Of a stretch of 34,823 nucleotides of DNA, positions 19,805-28,243 are shown one piece after another. Source of the stretch: a virus. A program made the translations under genes and the position numbers. The DNA lies in UHGV virus genome UHGV-0108273. One strand, 5' to 3'. Every line of letters begins with the position of its first letter. Positions within the stretch are counted from its first letter, which is position 1. The notes beneath the pieces are model-generated. The model saw only the letters and a program-made list of their open reading frames with translations, was not told the origin of the DNA and ran no database searches.

Positions 19805-21373
19805 TTACAGTAGCTCGTTAACTCGATCCTGAATTTTCTGAATCATGTTGTGATCGTATCCAGCTTTTGCGAGGGCATTAATTCGTGCATCTCCATTACC
19901 GTATTTTCCGGCAATGACATCACGGGCTACATTATCAATCACTATCTGATTTACTTTCTTCTGCACAGTGTCTGGATTATAACCAGCTTTCTTGAGAGCA
20001 GACACACGAGCATCACCATTACCCCATTTTCCAGCTAAAACCTCTTTAGCTACTTCATCGATAGATTTAGTAGGTTTTGCAGGAGCTTTAAGTAGTTCAT
20101 TCACTTTCTTCTGTACAGTGTCTGGATTATAACCAGCTTTCTTGAGAGCAGACACACGAGCATCACCATTACCCCATTTACCGGCGATTACTTCTTTAGC
20201 AATTTCATCGATAGATTTGGTCGGTTTTGGCGTAGATGTAGGTTTAGATGTTGGTGCTGGTGTGGAAGAACTTTTCGCATATTTTGGTCTAGCAAAACCA
20301 CGAATCATACCCCAGCCAACCGGAATGGTACGTCTTGCTACTGCTTCTCCTCTGTTACCTTCAATCGCTGTGATTTGTCCGTTTGAAACAGATTCCACAT
20401 ACCCGATATGATCAGAATATCCGTCGTTTGGCTGAGTCTTATCATCCCAGTTATAAACAATTACATCACCAGGTTTCGGAGTAATGGTGCCGTCCTCGAC
20501 CCAAATGCCTTTCTGCTTAAAAATCTTAATATGTTCCTCACAACCAACTTCTGTACCGATGAGATCGACTGCTCCGGATTTGATAGCTGCTGCTGATACT
20601 GTACAATCACACCATTCATCATTAGGTTTAATAGCGTATCCGCGAGCCAAAGGTTTGTGAGAATTATAGATGTTAAGAATCTCAATATATTTACCGTTAG
20701 CTTCAGAATAACCGAGCCAACTTCTCATAACATTAAGAACGTCCTGTGCTGTTACACCCAATTCCGTATCCTCCTGTTTTCCGTAAAAATAGTTCATGTC
20801 GACTTTACCTTTAATACCGCCTACAGTTCCGGAACTCGTATACTGATGAACCAAACAACCGTAATCTGCTTTTCCGTTATAATCAGCGAGCCAGAATTTG
20901 TACTGTTTAATCAGATCATGATTATACCAATTTCGATAGTAGTCGATATTTGCGTAGATTCCAGCTTTGTATCCCTGAGATTCTACGTACTCACAAAAGA
21001 TTCTTGTAAAGTTATTACATTCATTTTTACCAAGTCTCACACCTTTTGCAGCTGCTTTCTTGACTGTGTCATATTCGAAATCTGCGAAGATGATTGTGTT
21101 TTTATCAAGACCAGCTTTTCTAACAACATCAACACAGAATTTTGCTTCGTCAAGTGCGCCCTGTTCGTTTAAGGCATAAATAAAATGGTAAGTTCCTATA
21201 ATCGGAATCTTGTTGTTTTTACACCCATTGACATACTCATAGAATTTTGAATCTACTGTCTTCCTGTAAGAAGATCTAAGAATCGCGAACTCTATTCCGG
21301 AGGACTTGACTTTAGAAAAATCTACATCTCCCTGCCAATAGCTGATATCAATTCCTTTCTTCACAATCATCAT
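19805..21373 (-). CDS. Modular peptidoglycan hydrolase: GH25 muramidase + CHAP-like peptidase + three CW_7 (Cpl-7-type) cell-wall-binding repeats
   Basis: N-terminus 'GIDISYWQGDVDF...FAILRSSY...IGTYHF' fits the GH25 signature. Central Cys...His...E/N segment ('WCDCTVSAA...SDHIGYVESVSNGQITAIEGN') is CHAP-like. Three C-terminal repeats 'KSIDE.AKEV.AGKWGNGDAR.SALKKAGYNPDTVQKKVN' match CW_7. No signal peptide seen. Confidence 0.85.
   Translation of the reverse strand: MMIVKKGIDISYWQGDVDFSKVKSSGIEFAILRSSYRKTVDSKFYEYVNGCKNNKIPIIGTYHFIYALNEQGALDEAKFCVDVVRKAGLDKNTIIFADFEYDTVKKAAAKGVRLGKNECNNFTRIFCEYVESQGYKAGIYANIDYYRNWYNHDLIKQYKFWLADYNGKADYGCLVHQYTSSGTVGGIKGKVDMNYFYGKQEDTELGVTAQDVLNVMRSWLGYSEANGKYIEILNIYNSHKPLARGYAIKPNDEWCDCTVSAAAIKSGAVDLIGTEVGCEEHIKIFKQKGIWVEDGTITPKPGDVIVYNWDDKTQPNDGYSDHIGYVESVSNGQITAIEGNRGEAVARRTIPVGWGMIRGFARPKYAKSSSTPAPTSKPTSTPKPTKSIDEIAKEVIAGKWGNGDARVSALKKAGYNPDTVQKKVNELLKAPAKPTKSIDEVAKEVLAGKWGNGDARVSALKKAGYNPDTVQKKVNQIVIDNVARDVIAGKYGNGDARINALAKAGYDHNMIQKIQDRVNELL
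19840..20230 (-). repeat. CW_7 repeat array at DNA level; two copies nearly identical (about 19953..20036 and 20103..20186, period 150 bp)
   Basis: 'ctttcttctg[c/t]acagtgtctggattataaccagctttcttgagagcagacacacgagcatcaccattaccccattt' occurs twice with 1-2 mismatches; the third copy is more diverged. Confidence 0.8.
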
Positions 21374-21930
21374 CCTTTCGAATTGAATTTCTTTCTTCGA
21401 GCTGCATTCATTTCAGCATAACGACTCATTAATTCTCGCTTACTTGTCTGTTTAGGTGGCTCATTGTGAGCACTACATACCCTTATCAAAGTAATAAGTC
21501 TATTAAGATGCCATTTTTCACACTCAAATGGAATATTGTTTGCAATCATCCAATAATATATAAGCTCTGACGTTATGATCTCTCGATTTTTCTTTCCAGA
21601 TCTTCTGTCATTGATAGTAGTTGCTGTCATTGGAGCATAAATATAGTCAGTTATTTGCTTTAAGTTATCTTCACTTAACCGACCATACACACTTGGATCA
21701 ACATTCTTATTGAGTGTCATACACCTTATGTAATCTATTGTTTCTTCAATGGTTTTCTCTTTATTTGTATAAAAAGGTTTACACCATTTTGATTCCCATT
21801 TTGAAAGAGAGATGAGTGAATGTTCTAATTGTAGTGTCTGCTCTTTCTGAGCTGGCACGGGTATAAACACTTGATTTCCTTCATCCCATAATTCGTCAGC
21901 TTCTCTAGCAGGTACTATAATCTGAATCAT
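21370..21930 (-). CDS. Hypothetical protein, possibly the T-like partner of a tail assembly chaperone pair (186 aa)
   Basis: Position downstream of a chaperone-like gene and in the -1 frame relative to it; but a stop codon lies 2 codons upstream of its ATG, so no overlap exists for a canonical G-T frameshift. Confidence 0.4.
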   Translation of the reverse strand: MIQIIVPAREADELWDEGNQVFIPVPAQKEQTLQLEHSLISLSKWESKWCKPFYTNKEKTIEETIDYIRCMTLNKNVDPSVYGRLSEDNLKQITDYIYAPMTATTINDRRSGKKNREIITSELIYYWMIANNIPFECEKWHLNRLITLIRVCSAHNEPPKQTSKRELMSRYAEMNAARRKKFNSKG

Positions 21931-21959
21931 TACTCATCCCTCCATTGTGTTCGAATTTA

Positions 21960-22373
21960 TTAAGCTCCTGGAAGCAGATTCTTTGAATTAGCTTCCTGTG
22001 CAACATCAGCCGGAACGATGCCGTTAATAAATGCCGCTGCTGCTTCTGCGTCTGTAGCAAGTTCCATGAAGAGTGTGGAATAAGCTTCTGTCTGTGAAAA
22101 CTTTCTTGACAGTGGTCTTCCGTCCTCATCAAGTTTCATGAAACCTTTACCATCCGGAGCCTTTTCTCCATATGCTTTAAGAATAAGATCTTTAAAGATA
22201 GCTACGATTGTCGGAGTATCCTGTGCTGCCACGACTTTCTCAATCATCTCAGCGAATCCACCAACTGTAGATAATTCCATCTCCATAATTTCTGCTTTAG
22301 AAAGGTTGAAGTAATATGTATCTTCTCTTTCTACTCCGTTGTAATCTGTGTATTTAATAGCTTTTTTTAACAT
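21960..22373 (-). CDS. Putative tail assembly chaperone (G-like), 137 aa
   Basis: Small acidic protein directly downstream of the putative major tail gene and terminator; RBS AAAGGAGAA; assignment by position and composition only. Confidence 0.45.
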   Translation of the reverse strand: MLKKAIKYTDYNGVEREDTYYFNLSKAEIMEMELSTVGGFAEMIEKVVAAQDTPTIVAIFKDLILKAYGEKAPDGKGFMKLDEDGRPLSRKFSQTEAYSTLFMELATDAEAAAAFINGIVPADVAQEANSKNLLPGA

Positions 22374-22409
22374 GTTGTTCTCCTTTCAATTTTTCAACGT
22401 TTAATAATT

Positions 22410-22444
22410 AAAAAAAAAGACCCCACCTATTGCTAAGCGGGGCC
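22410..22444 (-). terminator. Rho-independent terminator downstream of the putative major tail protein gene
   Basis: Minus-strand RNA: GGCCCCGC-(loop about 10 nt)-GUGGGGUC followed by U9; an 8-bp GC-rich stem with two G-U pairs, 26 nt after the stop at 22470. Confidence 0.7.
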
Positions 22445-22469
22445 TATCGTTATTCCATTACTTAGTTAC

Positions 22470-23135
22470 TTACGCACCTGTCGTAGTTTTCATCATAGTA
22501 GCAACCTCATCCGGGAGTGGAAGTCTTGCTTCTGTATCCTCGTCACCGTAAAGAACTGCCTCCAGTGCTGCCAGTTTAGTTGGATCAGCTGTGGTAGAGT
22601 CGATTATGAGATGAGATGTAGGTTTGAAATTAGCTACAGATACCGGAGTAGTACTACACTCCCAGGACATAGTAGCCGCTTCCGGACTATCATTTACAGT
22701 CGCACGAGATACTTCGGAAGGAGCTGCAAGAGCACCGTATACCAGATGCAGTTTGTAACCATGTGATTCGCCCTCTGTATCATTACCAATAAGGCTTCGA
22801 TAAGATAAACCGAAATTTTTACGTTTCTGCTGTCCAATCTTAACGCCGGTTGCAATTTCTCCTTCACCGTTACATTCTGCGAATTCATCGGGATACATAT
22901 AAGCTTCGATTGTGAAACCAAATTCCTCAGCGGACATAAGTGTCACATACTTAATGTTATCTGCATAGAGCGGTGTCGGTTCTGCTCCAGATGGTGATTC
23001 TGTTACAGCTGTAAGACCATTCCATGCTGCTCCTTTCGGATAGTTTCCATCAGTTCCCATTGGATAAATTACGCCATGATCGACGCCAGTTTCAAACAAA
23101 CGTTCGCCTGTTGCGTCCCATACAAGTTTAGCCAT
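22470..23135 (-). CDS. Putative major tail protein (siphovirus-type), 221 aa
   Basis: Size, position after head-tail genes and before the chaperone-like genes, and the strong terminator immediately downstream (typical of highly expressed major structural genes); Gly/Thr/Ala-rich beta-type composition. Confidence 0.55.
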   Translation of the reverse strand: MAKLVWDATGERLFETGVDHGVIYPMGTDGNYPKGAAWNGLTAVTESPSGAEPTPLYADNIKYVTLMSAEEFGFTIEAYMYPDEFAECNGEGEIATGVKIGQQKRKNFGLSYRSLIGNDTEGESHGYKLHLVYGALAAPSEVSRATVNDSPEAATMSWECSTTPVSVANFKPTSHLIIDSTTADPTKLAALEAVLYGDEDTEARLPLPDEVATMMKTTTGA

Positions 23136-23149
23136 ATTTGATTTCCTCC

Positions 23150-23470
23150 TTAATAATATAGCGTTAATACATCGTGATTGAGATTATCGGCTTTATACAG
23201 CCTATCGTAAGAGCAGTATGGAAGTTCCATAAGCTTCTGTATAACAGGATTATCCGGTAATTTACTAATCACGGTAATGTCATATTTCCTACGTGTTAAA
23301 TATGTTGAGTTGTTAGCTTTCATGGTTTCGATATCACTTAATGAATACACAATAGCTGGATAACTCATTTGAAGTGACGCTGGGGGTTGATAGAAAACCT
23401 GGTTACTACCAAGAAGTTCTTCAAGTTTCGCTTGTAGTTCTAATCTACTAGCCACGCCACACACCCCCAA
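23150..23470 (-). CDS. Head-tail connector / adaptor-like small protein (106 aa)
   Basis: Small ORF between the capsid and tail genes; overlaps the upstream ORF by 23 nt, so the true start is uncertain. Confidence 0.4.
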   Translation of the reverse strand: MGVCGVASRLELQAKLEELLGSNQVFYQPPASLQMSYPAIVYSLSDIETMKANNSTYLTRRKYDITVISKLPDNPVIQKLMELPYCSYDRLYKADNLNHDVLTLYY

Positions 23471-23765
23471 TCGATAATATCAGTCTAGGATACTGAACTT
23501 CGACGTCTGTCACTTTCCATTTCTCATTTGAGAATTCAATCCAAGTCATGGCAGATACATGATCTCTGGCGTAGGGATCGGCCACTATACTAATCTGGTT
23601 TGAGATATTAATATCATCGTTAACGTTTCCAGAATTCTGCCGTTTCCACCGATTGCTCATGATATCACCAAAATACTGACGTTCGACGATTTCATCTTCT
23701 ATCCAGACACCAGGCTCAACCTCGCCAGTATAAGTAAATCCGATCTTCCCACACCATTTATTCAT
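23448..23765 (-). CDS. Head-tail connector / head closure-like small protein (105 aa)
   Basis: Small ORF immediately downstream of the capsid gene; synteny only. Confidence 0.4.
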   Translation of the reverse strand: MNKWCGKIGFTYTGEVEPGVWIEDEIVERQYFGDIMSNRWKRQNSGNVNDDINISNQISIVADPYARDHVSAMTWIEFSNEKWKVTDVEVQYPRLILSIGGVWRG

Positions 23766-23789
23766 GTTCTATCACTCCATTTTGAATTG

Positions 23790-25727
23790 TTAGGCAGTTT
23801 CTTTCACGAATTCAAGAGCTACTGCGGAATACGGTTTAACAAGTGTACCGGAGCAACGTGTCTCCATAAGATACTTCTGCTTGTTGTAATCGATATCGAA
23901 ATCATCGAAGAAGTTGATTTCTCCACCCTTATCTGTACCTACGTTGTAATCTTTAAGATTTACATAGATACCAGCAAGCTCATATGTCTTATTTTCATCG
24001 TCTGTTCTTGTAAGACCTTCCATTACCGGAACCGGAACGATTTCTCTTACGCGAAGAGATGCTGCAAGTTTCTGTACGCTATCATAGATAACACGTCCGT
24101 TTGTATCTTCAATGAGCAAGCAATCTGTAAGCATATCCTCAGACATGAACATATCAGGGTTGCCAGATCCTTTATAATTCTTTCTGGATTTGATGCAAGC
24201 TTTGATGAATGCCTTAGCTTTCTCTTCAGCAGTAGCGGAATCGCTTACATTGATAGCTGCTTTAACTGTGAAAAGATCTTCCATCTTCCAGATAGGTCTG
24301 ATGCAGTCCTCATTGATTTTATCGTTAGCCTCTTCAACCGGATCTCTTCCATCACCGATAAGGAATGCGCGAGCAAGTTCCTCATCAAGCATCATACGAA
24401 CTTCTCTCTTCAGCCATGGAAGAATATCGAAATCTGTAATATCAAGCATGTCATCGCGATCTAATGCCTGTTTCTTGTATACAGTTGTTGGATTTGTTAC
24501 ACGTTTGAGAAGCTTAAATACTTCTTCAATTTTAAGTTTGCCTTTCTGGTATCCCTTTGCTCTAGCCTGTGCTGCTGTGATGTCAGCAAAGATAGTTTTG
24601 ATACGGGAGAACGGTGTGTGATGTACTCCGCCAAGTACTTTTGATACCCAATCGTCATTACGTTTGATAAATTCCGGTTCATTGTTAAGATTCTTTGCAT
24701 CCGGGAATAAGATGTCAATGTCTGTGATACCATGAGCAAGCACTGCCTCTTTAAGAGAACCTGAGCGTTTCGCATCTTCGAAAATCGCAGTCATCTCGGA
24801 GTGTGTAAGCACATCATCTGCCATAGGGGTTTCATTGTCGAATACGTTGTGTTTCATATTTTTGTTTCCTCCTTCATTTTCATCATCTTCTTCGGTTTCA
24901 ACACCAGCATCTTCTAATGCCTGTCCGATCATAGCGTACACAACAGTTTTCTGTTTCTCAGAAAGAGTGTTGAATACATCAGCTACAGTTTCTTCTTTGT
25001 TTTCTCCCTTTGTTTCTTCCTCGGCATGTTTTACTTCTTCCTCAGAATGGGTTACTTCTTCTTTGTCTGGTTTATCATCGTTTTCTTCTTTGATACCAGC
25101 ATCTTCTAATGCCTGTCCGATCATAGCGTACACAACAGTTTTCTGTTTTTCAGAAAGAGTGTTGAATACATCAGCTACAGTTTCGTCCTTATTTTCTTCG
25201 GCATTATGTTTTTTGGTTTCTTCTGCCATTTTTTCTTCTCCTTTCTCAGAAGTATCTGCGTGGAACAATGACTCCACATTTTCGATATATTCGCCTGAGC
25301 TGATATATCCCTCTTCATAAGAATCTTCGCCATGCATCATGACAGACTCTATTACTGCGCCTGGATTAGCACCAGCTAAAACCAAACTAAGCTCACGAAT
25401 GACTCCGTGAACTACATTACTTCCCTGCTGTTTAAGTCTGTTGGCATATATGGAAAATCTATTCACATCACCATGCTGAACCAGCAATTTAGCATTCTGC
25501 CCTGATTCCGTATCGTTAAATGTGCAATATGCATACACACCTTCGTCCCTGTTTTCCAGCAAGGCATGACCGAGCACTTCATCTACGCTATTATGCTGAT
25601 GATTCCAAACTAACGGTACAGTTTCACCATCGCACTCTTTGAATGCATCTTTCATGATGACTCTACCGTCCGCACACAGCATGTCAGCTTTAGTAGCCCA
25701 GCCAGAACAATCATATGACTTAGCCAT
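23790..25727 (-). CDS. Fused prohead protease - acidic linker - HK97-fold major capsid protein (645 aa)
   Basis: N-terminal about 150 aa resembles prohead proteases (..VPLVWNHQHNSVDEVLGHA..); central acidic region with a duplicated 30-aa unit; C-terminal about 350 aa of capsid-protein size and composition; preceded by GGAGGCAGAAAATCAAAATGG. Confidence 0.7.
   Translation of the reverse strand: MAKSYDCSGWATKADMLCADGRVIMKDAFKECDGETVPLVWNHQHNSVDEVLGHALLENRDEGVYAYCTFNDTESGQNAKLLVQHGDVNRFSIYANRLKQQGSNVVHGVIRELSLVLAGANPGAVIESVMMHGEDSYEEGYISSGEYIENVESLFHADTSEKGEEKMAEETKKHNAEENKDETVADVFNTLSEKQKTVVYAMIGQALEDAGIKEENDDKPDKEEVTHSEEEVKHAEEETKGENKEETVADVFNTLSEKQKTVVYAMIGQALEDAGVETEEDDENEGGNKNMKHNVFDNETPMADDVLTHSEMTAIFEDAKRSGSLKEAVLAHGITDIDILFPDAKNLNNEPEFIKRNDDWVSKVLGGVHHTPFSRIKTIFADITAAQARAKGYQKGKLKIEEVFKLLKRVTNPTTVYKKQALDRDDMLDITDFDILPWLKREVRMMLDEELARAFLIGDGRDPVEEANDKINEDCIRPIWKMEDLFTVKAAINVSDSATAEEKAKAFIKACIKSRKNYKGSGNPDMFMSEDMLTDCLLIEDTNGRVIYDSVQKLAASLRVREIVPVPVMEGLTRTDDENKTYELAGIYVNLKDYNVGTDKGGEINFFDDFDIDYNKQKYLMETRCSGTLVKPYSAVALEFVKETA
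24903..25184 (-). repeat. Near-perfect direct duplication of about 90 bp (copies at about 24903..24992 and 25095..25184, period 192 bp) inside the capsid gene linker
   Basis: The two copies differ at about 1 nt; each encodes 'ETVADVFNTLSEKQKTVVYAMIGQALEDAG' in the minus-strand frame, embedded in E/D/K-rich sequence. Confidence 0.85.
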
Positions 25728-25766
25728 TTTGATTTTCTGCCTCCTTTTTAATTAACTTAAACTGCA

Positions 25767-26033
25767 TTAAACCGAAGCAGTGAAAGTAACAGCTGTTGAA
25801 CTTCCATCACTAGCGATAAGACCAGTAGACTTAAGGCATACCGGTTTGTAATATGTATCTGTCATGTAAACAGTTACTCCTTTAAGGAATAACTCCTGGA
25901 GATCTTCCTTCATGACTTTCTCCGCTTTTGCTTCCTTATCGTAGAACAGAACTTTTGAAGAATTTGCATATAAAACAACTGTTTTTACAAACTTTTCATC
26001 ATATGCTGCATTAACTGTTTCTCTTTTAGCCAT
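25767..26033 (-). CDS. Hypothetical small protein between portal and capsid genes (88 aa from the internal start MAKRETV)
   Basis: The ORF track starts at 26102, overlapping the portal gene; an internal ATG at 26031-26033 has a GGAGGA about 9 nt upstream and lies after the portal stop, so it is the more likely start. Confidence 0.45.
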   Translation of the reverse strand: MAKRETVNAAYDEKFVKTVVLYANSSKVLFYDKEAKAEKVMKEDLQELFLKGVTVYMTDTYYKPVCLKSTGLIASDGSSTAVTFTASV

Positions 26034-26076
26034 AATTATTTTCCTCCATTTGTTAATAATGTGTATTGTTTCACAA

Positions 26077-27348
26077 TCATAGGTCCGAAATTGGTGTGTC
26101 ACCTAATGAGGGTTCTTCCTCTGGTGGAATATCTTCTTCACTTATATCCGGAGTTGGATTCAATCCAGTTCCTGTTTGATTGATGTTGCTATTTACTAAC
26201 TGGTCAGCTTTTGGATCATCTGATGGTTTCATACCAATAATCTGTCGAACCTCATTAGCTGTAAGTATTTCATTCTGCGTAAACACTCCAGCGATTTCAG
26301 CCAGTTTACTAAGAGGAACGAGTCTAAACGAATCTCTGAAGAATTTGATAGTCTGATTCTGAGATCGTGCTGTCTTTGTTAAAAACTTGCGTTTCATCTC
26401 ATCGACGATTGCTGCGACAATTGGCTCAATAGTCCTTGAATAGTAGTTCAGCATTTCTTCTTCGCTCGCTGATCCATCGAGTATCGCCTGTGTGATTCCA
26501 AGCTGGCTGTATAGTTGAGCAGTTAGATATTCCACTTGTTTCATCAGGTTATTGTCGAGAGGTCTGTTTAACTGCACTATCTTTTCAGTTCCATCAACAT
26601 AGCCAATACCGTAAGTGGAACCGCTTAGCTGTTGCTCCAGGTCCGCACGTCTTTCATTAGCTAGTTTTCGCCGAGCTTCAGATTTAATAGAATATGGTAG
26701 CTGAATAATCATGTCCAATTTTCCACTACTGATACGTTCGTCCATTCTATCGAGAAGGGCAAGTTTTCGCGTAAGACGCTGCATGGTAGAATTATGCTCA
26801 TTGATAACCGCATATAAAGGATTCTCAACTATAGCTACCATTTTCTTTTCAAGCTTAATGTCTTCTCGTTCTCCTGTTCGTTCATTGTAAACTCTAACTT
26901 TCACATGGTTTGGATACCATTCAAGAATTTTACCAGTTCGCATGGAAAGTATTTTATATGATTCAGTTTGAGATGGATCTATATCTGTATCAACAGGAAC
27001 TATTGCTACACAGCCCTCGTCAAGCATAGACATAACGATATCTTGTGTGAATGCTCTACCAGTCTGATCGATATTCGCTTCAAGATTCAGACATTTATTA
27101 AGAGTCGAATCAATCTTTTCTATAAATCTACCGTTACTGTCTATACGACAGTGATTAATATTTATAGAAGAGACATCCAAAGCTATTCGATTAAAAATAG
27201 CAGTAACAACAGATCGCTCATTACCCCTAGTGAATCTCGGCCTATCCGGTCTATTTGAATATCCTGGACCAATGTTACGAGAGTCATATGTCGGATCTCG
27301 GTTCATGAAAGCATTCCACGAATGCCGAAGTCTATCTATAAAATCCAT
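26077..27348 (-). CDS. Portal protein (HK97-family-like), 423 aa
   Basis: Size and position between the terminase and capsid genes; N-terminal region 'ERSVVTAIFNRIALDVSSININH' resembles the conserved portal N-terminal helix; acidic C-terminus; preceded by AGGAGGTAAAATCAAAATGG. Confidence 0.65.
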   Translation of the reverse strand: MDFIDRLRHSWNAFMNRDPTYDSRNIGPGYSNRPDRPRFTRGNERSVVTAIFNRIALDVSSININHCRIDSNGRFIEKIDSTLNKCLNLEANIDQTGRAFTQDIVMSMLDEGCVAIVPVDTDIDPSQTESYKILSMRTGKILEWYPNHVKVRVYNERTGEREDIKLEKKMVAIVENPLYAVINEHNSTMQRLTRKLALLDRMDERISSGKLDMIIQLPYSIKSEARRKLANERRADLEQQLSGSTYGIGYVDGTEKIVQLNRPLDNNLMKQVEYLTAQLYSQLGITQAILDGSASEEEMLNYYSRTIEPIVAAIVDEMKRKFLTKTARSQNQTIKFFRDSFRLVPLSKLAEIAGVFTQNEILTANEVRQIIGMKPSDDPKADQLVNSNINQTGTGLNPTPDISEEDIPPEEEPSLGDTPISDL

Positions 27349-27362
27349 TTTGATTTTACCTC

Positions 27363-27959
27363 CTATGGTGTTGATGGATTAAGACTTTCAGCGATTTTAG
27401 CGTCTATGTATGAATGTATTTCAGCTATATCCGCTTCCGTCCAATAATCAGTACCTCTGACAGGTGTCTTCCCATCAGTACCAGGATCTCCTTTTGGTCC
27501 AGCATCACCAGTATCACCTTTTGGTCCCTGAACACCCTGTTCACCTTGAGGTCCGGTTAATCCTGTATCTCCCTTTGGACCCTGAATACCTTGTTCACCT
27601 TGAGGTCCAGTAGCTCCGGTATCACCTTTTGGTCCCTGGATACCCTGTTCACCTTTCGGGCCTGTAGCTCCGGTATCACCTTTCGGACCTTTAAGACTAG
27701 CTAACCATTCAGTCTCGCTTCCTTCGAAACCAGTAGAAAGCGCTACTTGATAAGCAGAATCACCTGGATCTCCTTTTTCACCAGGAGGGCCAGGAGTGGT
27801 TGAACCAGTTCCTCCGTTAGTAATGAGCTCGCATAATTCCCAAAGCAATTCTTCAGCTCTAGACTGAGGTCTCGGCAATCCTTCAGTACCTTTCTGTAAG
27901 ATAGTATTTTTCATATATTCTTCAAATCTACTATCCGGTATGTATGTTTCATCGATCAT
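27363..27959 (-). CDS. Collagen-like triple-helix repeat protein (198 aa)
   Basis: About 25 uninterrupted Gly-X-Y triplets (GPKGDTGATGPKGEQGIQGPKGDTGATGPQGEQG...) flanked by non-collagen N- and C-terminal segments; located between the terminase and portal genes. Confidence 0.75.
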   Translation of the reverse strand: MIDETYIPDSRFEEYMKNTILQKGTEGLPRPQSRAEELLWELCELITNGGTGSTTPGPPGEKGDPGDSAYQVALSTGFEGSETEWLASLKGPKGDTGATGPKGEQGIQGPKGDTGATGPQGEQGIQGPKGDTGLTGPQGEQGVQGPKGDTGDAGPKGDPGTDGKTPVRGTDYWTEADIAEIHSYIDAKIAESLNPSTP

Positions 27960-27977
27960 TTTGTCACCTCTAAGTGC

Positions 27978-28223
27978 TTAGAGTTCAATTCCTTCAATGG
28001 CTGCTCTTACCTCAAGACATCTGAGATACTCGCCCATGTAACGTTTCTGCTCCTGAAGTTTTGCTATCGGGCAAGTTGGTTTGAAGTCGAGAACTCCTGC
28101 TTCATGTTTTACAAGCATCTGATGTAATTTGTCATATCGAATCTTTGTCTGATAATACTCAGCTTTAAAACGATCTTTATAATCGGAACTATTCATAAGT
28201 TCAATCGTGTCTTTTAACTCCAT
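27978..28223 (-). CDS. Hypothetical small protein (81 aa)
   Basis: ORF with AAGGAGGTAAATTCAAAATGG initiation context; no recognisable motif. Confidence 0.45.
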   Translation of the reverse strand: MELKDTIELMNSSDYKDRFKAEYYQTKIRYDKLHQMLVKHEAGVLDFKPTCPIAKLQEQKRYMGEYLRCLEVRAAIEGIEL

Positions 28224-28243
28224 TTTGAATTTACCTCCTTATC

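Noticed and set aside
20142-21172. Plus-strand ORFs within the lysin gene (20142..20411, 20408..20596, 20657..21172)
   Set aside because: Antisense to a gene with clear GH25, CHAP and CW_7 signatures; no independent features.
21905-22132. Minus-strand ORF 21905..22132 (75 aa) overlapping the chaperone-like gene
   Set aside because: It is in a third frame overlapping both chaperone-like genes, has no RBS, and is not in the -1 frame relative to the upstream gene, so it is unlikely to be a frameshift product.
24835-25320. Plus-strand ORF 24835..25320 (Ser-rich, internally duplicated) and 24190..24621
   Set aside because: Antisense to the capsid gene; the internal duplication is the same 90-bp repeat read on the opposite strand.
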